Shown in pieces: positions 1 to 9,532 of a stretch of DNA of 64,000 nucleotides. Where the stretch lies: positions 128,001-192,000 of the forward strand of contig CAVQSP010000017.1 in NCBI GenBank assembly GCA_963715985.1, written 5' to 3'. The notes under the pieces were generated by a model. That model saw only the letters and a list, made by a program, of their open reading frames with translations, did not search any database and was not told the origin of the DNA. Source of the stretch: an uncultured Thermoleophilia bacterium. Its GTDB lineage: Bacteria; Actinomycetota; Thermoleophilia; UBA2241. A program made the translations under genes and the position numbers. The number at the start of each line of letters is the position of its first letter. The stretch's first letter is position 1.

Positions 1-632
1 TCCTTCTTGTAGCTGATGCAGCTCAGCCAGTCGTAGAGGATGTGCACCTTGACCCCGGCCTTGAGCCGGTCGAGCAGGATCGCGGTGACCTTGGCCGTGA
101 GCTCGTCCTGCTCCCAGATGAGGTACATCAGATGGATGTAGCGCTCGGCCGTGGCCATCTCGGCGAGCAGGGCGGGGAACTTCTCCGCGCCACTCAGGTA
201 CAGGTCCACGGAGTCCGCCGGCAGCGGGGCGACGTGACCCTCGGTGCGGCCGGTCGCCTCGACGCGCCCCCCCGGCGTGCCCGCGAGCTCGGCGACGGTC
301 GACTCCGTGAACGCCGTGTTGGCGGCGGTCACCGGGAAGAGCGACTTCTCCGCGACCGCCTCCATCTGGGCCATGATGCGCTGTCTGCGCTTCGAGTCGC
401 GGCGGAAGTTGCGGCCGATGAAGAAGTAGGCGATGAGGCCGAGCACGGGGAGGAGCAGGACGACGAACAGCCAGGCGAGGACGGTGCTGGGGTCGCGATC
501 GTCCGTGGCGAGGACGATGACCACGCCGGCGATCGCCAGCAGGAGGAGGAGATCGACCAGCCAGAACCCGAAGCTGAAGAAGTTGTTGGTCACGAAGGAC
601 CCGACCAGCAGGCCGCCTGCACCAGCGATCAC
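1..632 (-). CDS. cls: Cardiolipin synthase (PLD family), N-terminal part; runs off window start
   Basis: Manual minus-strand translation from GTG at 632 (GAGGAG upstream): TM segments, PLDc_N-like 'DDRDPSTVLAWLFVVLLLPVLGLIAYFFIGRN', then 'GAEKFPALLAEMATAERYIHLMYLIWEQDE' and 'GVKVHILYDW'. Similar to the paralog at 52726-54178. Confidence 0.85.
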   Translation of the reverse strand, partial: MIAGAGGLLVGSFVTNNFFSFGFWLVDLLLLLAIAGVVIVLATDDRDPSTVLAWLFVVLLLPVLGLIAYFFIGRNFRRDSKRRQRIMAQMEAVAEKSLFPVTAANTAFTESTVAELAGTPGGRVEATGRTEGHVAPLPADSVDLYLSGAEKFPALLAEMATAERYIHLMYLIWEQDELTAKVTAILLDRLKAGVKVHILYDWLSCISYKK

Positions 633-741
633 TCTGTCTCCTCGTCCGATCGAGAGTAGCGGCGCATTCTCTCACACCCGCCAGGAACGAGGCCGGAGGC
701 GCGCGGCCGGCGCGCCGCTTCACCGCTTCGCTGCTTCGCCA

Positions 742-2061
742 TCACCCCTTGAAACGGAAGGACGCCGCCATGCGGTCCGCCTCGCCGAGCCGCGCCGGGG
801 AAGCGGAGGGCAGCGTGAAGTTGAGCGAGTAGGCGCCGGTCGGAGCCATGAACACGTACTGCACCACGTGGATGCGCCGCGGGCCGTGCGCGATCCCCGC
901 CGGCGACTCGGCCACGATGCGGGCCACGGGGCGGCCGTCCAGCGTTCCGCGGGCGACCGACTCCACCACGGCGCCGTGGTCGCCCATCCGCCGTGCCAGG
1001 TCGTCGGTGCGCCACTCCAGGGTGATGCCCTGGTGCTGGGCGTCCAGCTCCTGGCGCAGCAGGATGAAGTAGGCAGCCTCGTCCAGTGAGGCGGCGCTCA
1101 CGTCCACGGCGAAGAGCAGTGCGGCGACCTGACCGCGGCTCGTGGCGTACATGGCGGTCATCGGGGTGAACCACTCACCGGCCCACGCCGCCCAGTCCGG
1201 GCCGCGACCCTGCAGTGCCGCCGCCGCAGCCGGGCCGGCACTCTCGGGCTCGCCGCCCGTCCAGCCGGGTGGCGCGGCGACGGCCGCCCACGGGGCGTCG
1301 AGCTGGACCCAGCCCGCCGGCGGCGAGGCGGGCGGCAGCTCGTCGCCTGCGGCGGGGAGCGCCGTCGGGTCGAGCCACAGCGTGCACAGCTCCGCGCCGG
1401 CGTGGTCGTGCAGCGAGGCGGCGCGGGTACGGCCGTCCGGCAACGCCGCCGCGTCGAAGTCCCAGCATACGCAGCGCACCGCGCGCGCCAGCACGGCCGC
1501 GTCGAGCGCGTCGTCGGCAGCGGCCGCGAGGGCGAGCACGCGCGCGTCGAAGTCCAGGCTCTGTGAGCGCCAGAGGTCCTCGGAAGGCAGCGGGGCGGCG
1601 GGCGCCGGCTCCGCTGCGGCGGCCGGCTCGGCCGCGGCCACGGGCCCGGCCGCCGCCTCAGCCGCCGGTGCCGGCTCCGCGCTGGGCTCCACCTGAGATG
1701 CGGGCGCAATGACCGTTGCCGCCGGACCCGCCGGCGCCGCCTCTGTCGGCACCGCCGTCTGCAGTGGAGCCGTCGCTGCCACTGGCGCCGCCGCATACGC
1801 CGGCGCCGGCGCTCGCGCGGGCGGCGGCGCCGAGGTCACCACTGGTCCGGCAGCCACAGGAGGCGGGGCCGCTGCGGGCGCCAGCGACTGTACCCACTCG
1901 CGCAGGCCGTCGTAGGCCCACACGAGGTAGCCGCGGCGGTCGTACTCGAGCACGGCCGGCGCGTCGATGAGGCCGTGTCCCTCGAGCGTGAACCTGCCGT
2001 CGTAGTAGGTGATCGTCCTGCCGGCCCAGCCGGTGGACGGCTCGAACGTGGCGATCAGCAT
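742..2061 (-). CDS. Hypothetical protein: small aromatic-rich N-terminal domain, long Pro/Ala linker, possible PsbP-like C-terminal domain
   Basis: 439-aa ORF with GGAGG RBS, starting 25 nt after the prk stop; high-GC codon usage. Confidence 0.7.
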   Translation of the reverse strand: MLIATFEPSTGWAGRTITYYDGRFTLEGHGLIDAPAVLEYDRRGYLVWAYDGLREWVQSLAPAAAPPPVAAGPVVTSAPPPARAPAPAYAAAPVAATAPLQTAVPTEAAPAGPAATVIAPASQVEPSAEPAPAAEAAAGPVAAAEPAAAAEPAPAAPLPSEDLWRSQSLDFDARVLALAAAADDALDAAVLARAVRCVCWDFDAAALPDGRTRAASLHDHAGAELCTLWLDPTALPAAGDELPPASPPAGWVQLDAPWAAVAAPPGWTGGEPESAGPAAAAALQGRGPDWAAWAGEWFTPMTAMYATSRGQVAALLFAVDVSAASLDEAAYFILLRQELDAQHQGITLEWRTDDLARRMGDHGAVVESVARGTLDGRPVARIVAESPAGIAHGPRRIHVVQYVFMAPTGAYSLNFTLPSASPARLGEADRMAASFRFKG

Positions 2062-2086
2062 GACTCGGCCCTCCGCATGCTCTGTG

Positions 2087-2980
2087 TCAGTACTGCCGGT
2101 CGGCGCGTACCGCGTTCTTGCGCTGCTCCATGATCGCGTGCAGCAGCGGCGTCACCACGAGCCGGATGGCCAGCTCCATCTTGCCACCCGGCACCACGAT
2201 GCAGTTGGGGCGCGACATGAACGAGTCGTGGATCATGGTCAGCAGGTACGGGAAGTCGATGCCCTTGGGGTCGCGGAAGCGGATGATGACCAGCGACTCG
2301 TCGAGGGTCGGGATGTCGCGCGTGATGAACGGGTTGGACGTGTCCACCACGGGCACGCGCTGGAAGTTGACGTGCGTCTGCGAGAACTGCGGCGTGATGT
2401 AGTGCACGTAGTCGTGCATGCGCCGCAGGATGGTGTCGGTGACCGCCTCGATGGAGTAGCTCCGCGCCCTGGTGTCGCGGTGGATCTTCTGGATCCACTC
2501 CAGGTTGACGATGGGCACCACGCCGATGAGCAGGTCCACGTAGCGGGCCGCGTTGACGGTCCCGGTCTGCACGCCGCCGTGCAGGCCCTCGTAGAACAGC
2601 AGGTCGGTGTCCGCCGGCAGGTCCTCCCAGGGCGTGAACGTGCCCGACTCGTGGCCCAGGGCGCTCGCCTCCTCGTCGTTGTGCACGTAGAAGCGGCGCT
2701 TGCCGGCGCCCGAGTCGCCGTAGGTACGGAACAGGCGCTCGAGCTCCTCGAAGAGGTTGGCCTCGGGGCCGAAGTGGCTGGGCGGGCGCTCGCCCTTCTC
2801 CTCGGCCGCGGCGATGGCCTGCCGCATGCCCTCGCGGTCATACCTGTGGAAGCTGTCGCCCTCCACGACCGCGGGGTGGATGCTCTCGCGGTGGAAGATG
2901 TGCTCGAAGGAGCGTTTGACGGTGGTGGTGCCGGCGCCGCTGGAGCCGGTGACGGCGACCACGGGGTGCATCGCGGACAT
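2087..2980 (-). CDS. prk: Phosphoribulokinase, proteobacterial (CbbP) type
   Basis: 'HPVVAVTGSSGAGTTT' P-loop, 'EGDSFHRYDR', 'LLFYEGLHG', 'NLEWIQKIHRD', 'NFQRVPVVDTSNPF', 'SRPNCIVVPGGKM'; GGAGGAGG RBS. Confidence 0.97.
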   Translation of the reverse strand: MSAMHPVVAVTGSSGAGTTTVKRSFEHIFHRESIHPAVVEGDSFHRYDREGMRQAIAAAEEKGERPPSHFGPEANLFEELERLFRTYGDSGAGKRRFYVHNDEEASALGHESGTFTPWEDLPADTDLLFYEGLHGGVQTGTVNAARYVDLLIGVVPIVNLEWIQKIHRDTRARSYSIEAVTDTILRRMHDYVHYITPQFSQTHVNFQRVPVVDTSNPFITRDIPTLDESLVIIRFRDPKGIDFPYLLTMIHDSFMSRPNCIVVPGGKMELAIRLVVTPLLHAIMEQRKNAVRADRQY

Positions 2981-3000
2981 CTGCTTCCTCCTCCCGCGGC

Positions 3001-4377
3001 TCAGGCGACGCCGAGCGCGTCGCGCCAGCCCGGGTACAGGGTGTCGGCGTCGGCGGGGAACGACTCGAAGGCGCGCGCCAGCTCGCGGTGGTCGCGCGCC
3101 GCGGCGAGCAGGTCCACGCCGGCGGCCCAGGCCTCGACGGACTGGCGCAGGGAGAGGGCGCCGGCCACGGCGCCGTCGAGGTGGCCGAAGGCGCCGCCGC
3201 CCGAGGTCTGCACCACGTTGGCGTGGCCGAGGTTATCGAAGAAGCCGGGCAGGCGCAGGGCGTTCATGCCTCCGGAGATCATCGCGCTCGTGGCCTTCAT
3301 GCCCAGCCACTCCTGGTGGTAGAAGGGGCCGTCGGCCGAGTCGCGCTCGATCATGTAGGCGATAGCGCGGTCGCCGGGGTCGCCCTCCATCTTGCCGAAG
3401 CCCATGGTGCCGGTGTGGATGCCCGAGGCGCCCTGCAGGCGCGCCATCTTGGAGAGCACGAAGGCGGTGTAGCCGCGCCTGGACTGGGGCGACGTGATGG
3501 CGCCGTGCCCGGCGCGGTGGTAGTGGAGGAAGGTGTCGGGGAAGCGGCGCCGGCAGGTGGTGACGGCGGCCGGACCGCCCACGTAGCCGTCCACGAGGAA
3601 GGCCACGTGATCCTCGAGGCCGGCGAACGCTTCGAGCACGGCCTCGCCGCGGGCCACCATCTCCCAAGGGTCGTCGGCGGTGATGTTGGCCGAGAACAGC
3701 TTGGCATCGCCGGTCTCGTCCTGGGCGCGGCGCATGGCGTCGGCCACCAGCGCCATGGTCTCGCGGTAGGGCGCGAACACCTGGTTGCCCTGCGGCTCGT
3801 CGTTCTTCACGAAGTCGCCGCCCAGCCAGAACTCGTGGCAGGCGCCGGCGAACAGCTCGGGGCGCAGGCCCAGCTTGGGCTTGATGATGGTGCCGACCAC
3901 CATGCCGCCGTCCGTCTCCGGCCGGCCGAGCACGCGCCAGAAGTCGGCGATGTTGCGGCGCGGCCCGTCGAACAGCTCCAGGTAGGCGGGGGGGACGTAG
4001 AAGTCGACCATCTTGGCGTTCTCCACGTCGCCCATGCCCTGGTTGTTGCCGATCGTGAGCGTCAGGAAGGAGACGATCATCGCCTTGCCGTCGGTGATGT
4101 TGCGGTCGAACAGCTCCAGTGGGTAGGCGATCTTCATCACCCCTGCGGTCTCGTCGGCCTCGTAGACGAGGGCGTCCACCGAGCGCGTGAAGTCGTCGGT
4201 GGTGGAGACCTCCACGTTCGTGCCGGTGGAGGACTCCGCGGCGAAGTGCGCCGCCGTGGCGAGGTACTCGTACCCTGCCTTGGGCCTGAAGGTGTAGGCG
4301 CACAGGACGTGGCCGCCCTGGGCGATGAGATCGGCCTCGCTGAGGCTGAGGTCGGTGTAGCGGCTTGACTGATCCAC
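3001..4377 (-). CDS. cbbM: Ribulose-1,5-bisphosphate carboxylase/oxygenase, Form II
   Basis: GTG start at 4377 with GGAGG RBS gives 'MDQSSRY'. Form II motifs '[12 protein letters not shown]', 'GNNQGMGD', '[10 protein letters not shown]', '[14 protein letters not shown]', 'LHYHRAGHG', '[14 protein letters not shown]', 'ISGGMNA' are all intact; 458 aa. Confidence 0.97.
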   Translation of the reverse strand: MDQSSRYTDLSLSEADLIAQGGHVLCAYTFRPKAGYEYLATAAHFAAESSTGTNVEVSTTDDFTRSVDALVYEADETAGVMKIAYPLELFDRNITDGKAMIVSFLTLTIGNNQGMGDVENAKMVDFYVPPAYLELFDGPRRNIADFWRVLGRPETDGGMVVGTIIKPKLGLRPELFAGACHEFWLGGDFVKNDEPQGNQVFAPYRETMALVADAMRRAQDETGDAKLFSANITADDPWEMVARGEAVLEAFAGLEDHVAFLVDGYVGGPAAVTTCRRRFPDTFLHYHRAGHGAITSPQSRRGYTAFVLSKMARLQGASGIHTGTMGFGKMEGDPGDRAIAYMIERDSADGPFYHQEWLGMKATSAMISGGMNALRLPGFFDNLGHANVVQTSGGGAFGHLDGAVAGALSLRQSVEAWAAGVDLLAAARDHRELARAFESFPADADTLYPGWRDALGVA

Positions 4378-4627
4378 GTTGGCCTCCTGGTCATGACGTG
4401 CCCATCCGCTGATGCGTGCCGGCAGCGGTCTCGCTCCGGGGTCCGGCCATGATGCGGCAGGGCCCCGGGCGATGCAAGTGTTCCCCACCGTGCCGAGTGC
4501 CTACGCCATCAGTGTCGGCGACCGGGTGCGGACGCCGTGGTCCCGGATCCGCCTCGCGCGTTTCCCGCGGCAGCGTCCGGGAACCTCTCCGGATGTACGT
4601 TCCCTGCGCAAGGAAGGCCGGCGGCAC

Positions 4628-4888
4628 ATGTCGGCTGTACTGACAGGACGAAGGATCGCGATCCTGCCCTGGACGGGGTCGAGGAGGCCGAGCTCACCGA
4701 GCCGCACCGTGACCTCGTACCCGACGCTGCGTACCGATCTCGAGAACGCCGGGGCGCGCTGGATCGACGCCGAGGTGCACAACGACAACGGACTGGTGAC
4801 CAGCCGGCGCGTGGACGATCTGCCGGCGTTCACCGCCAGGCTCGTCGAGGAGTTCGGCGAGGGCCTGCATCTGCGCCTCGTGCGCTGA
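4628..4888 (+). pseudogene. DJ-1/PfpI-family protease remnant (internally deleted)
   Basis: N-terminus 'MSAVLTGRRIAIL..DGVEEAELTEP' joins directly, across frames, to C-terminus 'VTSYPTLRTDLENAGARWIDAEVHNDNGLVTSRRVDDLPAF'. The central catalytic ICHG region is missing. Confidence 0.8.
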
Positions 4889-5069
4889 TCCCGACGTCTG
4901 TCGCCATGCCGGCCCTCGTGCCCGCCATGTTCGCGGGCCGGCCACGCCGTGTTCCCTCGCGCGTACGTATCGCATAGAGTCGGGGCAGCCTCGGCGACGG
5001 TGCGAGCGGTGCAGGGATGCACGCTCGGCTCAGGGGCGCCGCGCCGTCAACGACGTGTGGAGGTCGCTC

Positions 5070-7139
5070 ATGGGACGGTCCCTGCTCATCCTCGTCTGCG
5101 TTGTGATGCTGTTGTTGCTCGCGCCGGCCGCCGCCCTGGCGCTCACCTTCGATCAGGCGGTCGACCAGCTCTTCGCGGAGGGCTACCCTCAGCGCCTCGA
5201 GACCACCATCAACGGCTTCAAGTCCGTGCCGCTGGGCTTCCGCTGGACCGGCTCGGACGCCGACGATCAGGCGGCGCAGTTCATCGCCGACGAGATGAAG
5301 GCGGCCGGGCTCGTGGACGTCAAGCTGGAGCCCGTGCCCGTCGACGAGTGGACCATCGAGGACGCCAGCGTCACGGTGGGCGGCAAGGTGATGCCGGCCT
5401 CGAGCTACCCGGGCGTGCCGCCCACGGGGTCCGACGGCGTCACCGGCCAGGTGGTGCGCATCCCCGGCGCCGCCTCCAGGGCCGACTTCGACAAGGCCGG
5501 CGACCTCACCGGCAAGATCGCCCTCATCACCTTCGCCTCCGACTACTGGTGGATGAACTTCCCCTGCGCCGAGGCCGGCCTGCGCGGCGCCAAGGCCGTC
5601 ATCCTGATCTTCGACAAGGCCTACCCCGGGTACGCGGGGGCGCCCAACGCGTTCAACTCCAACGATCCCGGCTACACGTACTCGTCGCCGCCGCTGGTGT
5701 GGCTGCCCAGCGGGTCGGCCACCTGGCTCAAGAAGCAGATGGCCAAGGGGCCGGCCACGGCCACCGTCACGCTGCGGTCCAGCCACACATTCGCCGAGGA
5801 CGGCGGGGTGGGCCACAACGTCGTCGGGTCGCTGCCGGGCAGCAGCAACGACGGCACCAAGATCGTGTTCGGCGGGCATCACGACTCGCACTTCACCGGC
5901 GCCCTGGACAACAGCACGTCCTGCGTCGCGCAGCTCGTCATCGCAAAGGCGATGAAGATGTGTGGCTATCAGCCGGCCAGCACCGTGGTCTTCTTCAACA
6001 CGACCGCCGAGGAGTGGGGCTACACGGACTGCAACTACGACTGGCTGGTCGGCTCCACGTACTCCATCCAGCACACCCATCAAGACTGGCCCGGCACGGT
6101 GAAGGCCATGCTCAACCTGGAGCTCATGGGCTACAAGAACGGGTCGCTCTGGTTCACCGCGACCCGAGACATGAAGCCTTGGGTGCAGGCAGAGATCAAG
6201 GCGCACCCCAAGCTCGTGGGGCCGAAGGGTGGCAAGGTGTTCACGCCCGACCAGGGCTACTGGTTCAGCTACAACGACCAGTGGCCACTCACGGCCGAGG
6301 GCATCCCCAGCACCTGCATGTGGACGCCCGACGAGCACTTCTGGGCGAACTACTACCACACGCAGAACGACAACATCACGAGGCTCGACTGGAGCTTCTT
6401 CAAGAAGAACATCAAGTTCCACCTGGAGCTCGCGCGGAGCATCGACGGCGGCCTGCTGCCGTACCGCCTCTCGGGTGAGGCGGCCGCGCTGGCGGCGGTC
6501 TCGAACAAGGCCGGCTTCGCGGGCGCCGGCGTCGACGCCGGCGTGACCTCCGACTATCTGGCGGCCACCCGGTCCTACGCCGCGGCCGCCAAGACGTACG
6601 ACGCGCGACGCGCCCGTGTCGCCGCCGGCGACACCGCCGCGGCCAACGCCGCCCTGCTGGCGATCGAGAAGGCCGTGAACTCGAACCTCACCGCCCTCGA
6701 CGTGTGGGACAGCACGGTCTACCCGTTCCAGCAGCCCATGGTCGACCTCACCGGCATGCAGGCCACAGTCGCGTTGCTGCGAAAGTCGCCGGCGCAGTAC
6801 GGCAAGGCGTTGGCGGCGCTGGAAGGGGTCAACCTCGCCTGGTACGGCACGCACTTCAGCTACGACGTGTACCACACCAACCTGCTGCAGCGCGTACCGG
6901 GGTACGTGCACGCCAACATGGCCGACCTTGGGCAGATGGCGATGACACTGGACGTCATGCCGGACTACGACCGGATCGTCGCGGCTCGCGCGGCCAAGAA
7001 GGCGCCGACGGAGGCGATCGCCGGTCTGCAGGCCAAGATCGCCGCCGAGCAGGCGGACATCACGAGCCGTCTGCAGGCGCTCACGGGCGTGCTGCGCGAC
7101 GTGACGGCGCAGATCGAGGACGTCACGCCGGAGAAGTAG
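5070..7139 (+). CDS. Secreted M28-family metallopeptidase with PA domain
   Basis: Signal peptide, PA insert 'DLTGKIALI', Zn ligands 'GGHHDS', 'GALDNS', 'AEEWG', 'NLEL', 'YYHTQND'. Confidence 0.85.
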   Translation: MGRSLLILVCVVMLLLLAPAAALALTFDQAVDQLFAEGYPQRLETTINGFKSVPLGFRWTGSDADDQAAQFIADEMKAAGLVDVKLEPVPVDEWTIEDASVTVGGKVMPASSYPGVPPTGSDGVTGQVVRIPGAASRADFDKAGDLTGKIALITFASDYWWMNFPCAEAGLRGAKAVILIFDKAYPGYAGAPNAFNSNDPGYTYSSPPLVWLPSGSATWLKKQMAKGPATATVTLRSSHTFAEDGGVGHNVVGSLPGSSNDGTKIVFGGHHDSHFTGALDNSTSCVAQLVIAKAMKMCGYQPASTVVFFNTTAEEWGYTDCNYDWLVGSTYSIQHTHQDWPGTVKAMLNLELMGYKNGSLWFTATRDMKPWVQAEIKAHPKLVGPKGGKVFTPDQGYWFSYNDQWPLTAEGIPSTCMWTPDEHFWANYYHTQNDNITRLDWSFFKKNIKFHLELARSIDGGLLPYRLSGEAAALAAVSNKAGFAGAGVDAGVTSDYLAATRSYAAAAKTYDARRARVAAGDTAAANAALLAIEKAVNSNLTALDVWDSTVYPFQQPMVDLTGMQATVALLRKSPAQYGKALAALEGVNLAWYGTHFSYDVYHTNLLQRVPGYVHANMADLGQMAMTLDVMPDYDRIVAARAAKKAPTEAIAGLQAKIAAEQADITSRLQALTGVLRDVTAQIEDVTPEK

Positions 7140-7166
7140 CCGGCGTCTCCGTGAGAAACGCCCAGG

Positions 7167-7205
7167 GCGGGCGGCGGGCGGCCCTTCAGGCCGCCCGCCG
7201 CCCGC
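7167..7205 (+). terminator. GC-rich stem-loop after the M28 peptidase gene
   Basis: gcgggcggcgggcggcc-cttca-ggccgcccgccgcccgc, followed by ttcgtcgttct. Confidence 0.6.
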
Positions 7206-7321
7206 TTCGTCGTTCTCTCCCGCGCTTTGCGGAAGCTGAGGGCTCAAGCCCCAAGCCTCCGCGTGCCGAAACAAAGGGGCAGGGACTGTCAGGCGGCCGC
7301 GCGGGCGGCGGGGAGGGAATC

Positions 7322-8683
7322 ATGAGCGTGTCGGGCAAGGGTCTGCGTCGGCTTCTCGTCGGCGCGGCGATCGGGGCGCTTGTGGCGCTTTCGGCCGCCG
7401 TGGCAGGATCCGGCTACCCGGCAGGAGCCAGACTCCTGTCTCAGGATCCGTCGTCGACGGCACTGACCCGGCAGCACGTCATCGACCTCGTCGACCTGAC
7501 GCGTGCGGCTCTGTCCAAGGACACTCCCCGCACCCTCACGGCCATCAACGCCGGCCAGAAGCCCTACGTCGATCCCGCCACGCCGCAGCTGTACGCGTTC
7601 GTCTACGACACCGACGTGACTCTGGTGGCCACGCCCGACCCCGACGTGCGCGGCCAGAACATGAGCGGCCGGCCGGACGCGGTGGGCACGTACTTCCGCG
7701 ACGAGATCGTGGCGGGTGCCCTGGAGTACAAGAGCGGCTGGGTGAGCTATGTGTACAAGGAGCCCGGCCAGGCCGGGCTCTTCGAGAAGGAGACGTACTA
7801 CCGGCTGGCGGACGGTACCGACGGCAAGCAGTACGTGGTGTGCGCCGGGCGCTACCTCGGGCCGTACACGGACACCCCGCTCACGGCGCCCCCGACGCAG
7901 GCCGACGTGCAGGTCTTCGTGAAGAAGGCCGTCGCCTACGCCAGGGAGCACGGCCGGGAGGCCGCCCTCGCGACGTTCACAGCACCCGGCGGCGACTTCC
8001 ATCAGGGGGAGTCGTACATCTACGCCTACGACTACGAGGGCACCGTGATCGCCCACGGCGGTGACCCGACCCTCGTCGGCAGGAACCTCATCGGCATGAC
8101 GGATCCCAACGGGGTGCCGGTCATCAAGGACCTGGTGGGCCTCGCCGAGAACGGCGGCGGCTGGCTCTACTACACGTGGCCCAACCCGGCGCACGGCGGG
8201 GTGCAGGAGCCGAAGCTGGGGTACGTCCTTCCGGTCGACGGCACGTGGTTCCTCGGCTCGGGCACCTATGGACCCGCGGCTCAGCAGCCGGCCACCAAGG
8301 CCGACGTCAAGGCCTTCGTGGATCAGGCGCACGCCTACGCCAAGGCCCACGGCCGGAAGGCGGCGCTGGCTCAGTTCTCAAGGAAGGACGGGGCCTTCTA
8401 CCGCGGCGAGCTCTACCTCTTCGCCTACGACCTGAAGGGCAGGTGTCTCTGCCTGCCGAACCAGCCGGAGCTCGTGGGCACGGACCGCTGGGACTATCGC
8501 GACCGCGACGGCAAGTACGTGGTCCGCGCGTTCGCCGCCGTGGCTCGTCACCCGGGTTCGGGGTGGGTGAAGTACGAGTACGCCAACCCGAGCCAGGGGT
8601 TCGCGATCCAGCACAAGAGCAGCTACGTGCGCGGCATCGCGGGGACGTGGCTGATCGGCGCGGGGACGTACCTTCCCAAGTGA
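7322..8683 (+). CDS. Secreted protein with three tandem single Cache (sCache_2-like) domains
   Basis: Signal peptide, then three repeats of 'Y(A/I/L)FxYD..G...GxN/D....D..G.....GWxxY.Y/W.NP....K..Y'. No TM or kinase output domain. Confidence 0.85.
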   Translation: MSVSGKGLRRLLVGAAIGALVALSAAVAGSGYPAGARLLSQDPSSTALTRQHVIDLVDLTRAALSKDTPRTLTAINAGQKPYVDPATPQLYAFVYDTDVTLVATPDPDVRGQNMSGRPDAVGTYFRDEIVAGALEYKSGWVSYVYKEPGQAGLFEKETYYRLADGTDGKQYVVCAGRYLGPYTDTPLTAPPTQADVQVFVKKAVAYAREHGREAALATFTAPGGDFHQGESYIYAYDYEGTVIAHGGDPTLVGRNLIGMTDPNGVPVIKDLVGLAENGGGWLYYTWPNPAHGGVQEPKLGYVLPVDGTWFLGSGTYGPAAQQPATKADVKAFVDQAHAYAKAHGRKAALAQFSRKDGAFYRGELYLFAYDLKGRCLCLPNQPELVGTDRWDYRDRDGKYVVRAFAAVARHPGSGWVKYEYANPSQGFAIQHKSSYVRGIAGTWLIGAGTYLPK

Positions 8684-8773
8684 GGGGCATCCGCTCCCGC
8701 GGCTGACTCGCGACCCCGGGCACAGTGCTCCGGGCCGAGCAGTCCCAGGCAGTCGCAGGAGTCTGCAGCGCCC

Positions 8774-8848
8774 GCCGCCGGGAACAGGGGCCTCAACGTG
8801 CGCCTCTTTCGGGACCGCGACGAGGCTCTGGCCTGGCTCACGGCGTGA
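8774..8848 (+). pseudogene. C-terminal remnant of a STAS/SEC14 (SpoIIAA-like) protein
   Basis: Reads 'AAGNRGLNVRLFRDRDEALAWLTA*', the typical C-terminus of that family, with no upstream body. Confidence 0.45.
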
Positions 8849-9428
8849 CGCGGGGCTGCCTCCCCGTCAGCCCCAGCAGCCTGTCCTGAAGCGGCGCGTC
8901 GGCGGGTACCTCGAGGGCGGGGCCGAAGACGCCCATCTCCCTCCACGCCTCGGCCTGTGGCTCGATCTCGTCCCACAGGCCCTGGACCAGGTCGGCCGGC
9001 ATGGTCGTGTCGGCGCCGATGAGGCGCGCGATGTCGTAGACGCGCAGCCCCCGGAACGACGTGATGTGCTGCAGGTACGCGCGCGCCGGGAAGTCCCCGT
9101 AGGAGAGGTGCACGGTCTTCTCGAGGTCGTCGCAGTGGCGCACAGCCAGCACGGCGGTCTCGACGATGGCCCCGAAGTTGAGCTTGGGGTGGTCGCCCAG
9201 GAGGTCGCCGTCGTACTTGTCGCCGACCTCCGCGATCGTCCTTCCGGCGAGCACATCCGGCACCCAGGCATCGTCGTAGGCGTGGTAGTTGATGATGTCC
9301 TGCAGGGTGGCCGGCGGCCGCCTCGCCATCTCGTCCGGGGCCCTGAGGTCCCACTGGTCCCCTGCGATCTGGTCGACGACGTGCCGGAGCGCCTCGTCGG
9401 CGAGGATGAAGACGTCCCGTTCGTCCAT
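8838..9428 (-). CDS. TIGR03086-like metal-binding protein (DinB/maleylpyruvate isomerase superfamily)
   Basis: ATG at 9428 with AAGGAG RBS; 'DQWD', 'LQDIINYH', 'TVHLSYGDFPA', C-terminal 'FGPALEVPADAPLQDRLLGLTGRQP'. Confidence 0.8.
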   Translation of the reverse strand: MDERDVFILADEALRHVVDQIAGDQWDLRAPDEMARRPPATLQDIINYHAYDDAWVPDVLAGRTIAEVGDKYDGDLLGDHPKLNFGAIVETAVLAVRHCDDLEKTVHLSYGDFPARAYLQHITSFRGLRVYDIARLIGADTTMPADLVQGLWDEIEPQAEAWREMGVFGPALEVPADAPLQDRLLGLTGRQPRVTP

Positions 9429-9532
9429 CGGATACTCCTTGGTCCGGGAGCGTGTGACGTCAGAGGTCTTCCCACACAGAGACGTCAGGACACCGGTCGC
9501 GAGGGCGCCGCCGGTGCCGCGCCGCGTGCCTT

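Noticed and set aside
3001-4377. RuBisCO-like protein (Form IV) or Form II/III nucleoside-salvage enzyme
   Set aside because: All Form II catalytic motifs are intact and the neighbour is PRK, not AMP phosphorylase or R15P isomerase.
4378-4488. N-terminal extension of the RuBisCO ORF in the track (start 4488)
   Set aside because: Homology and the RBS point to the GTG at 4377.
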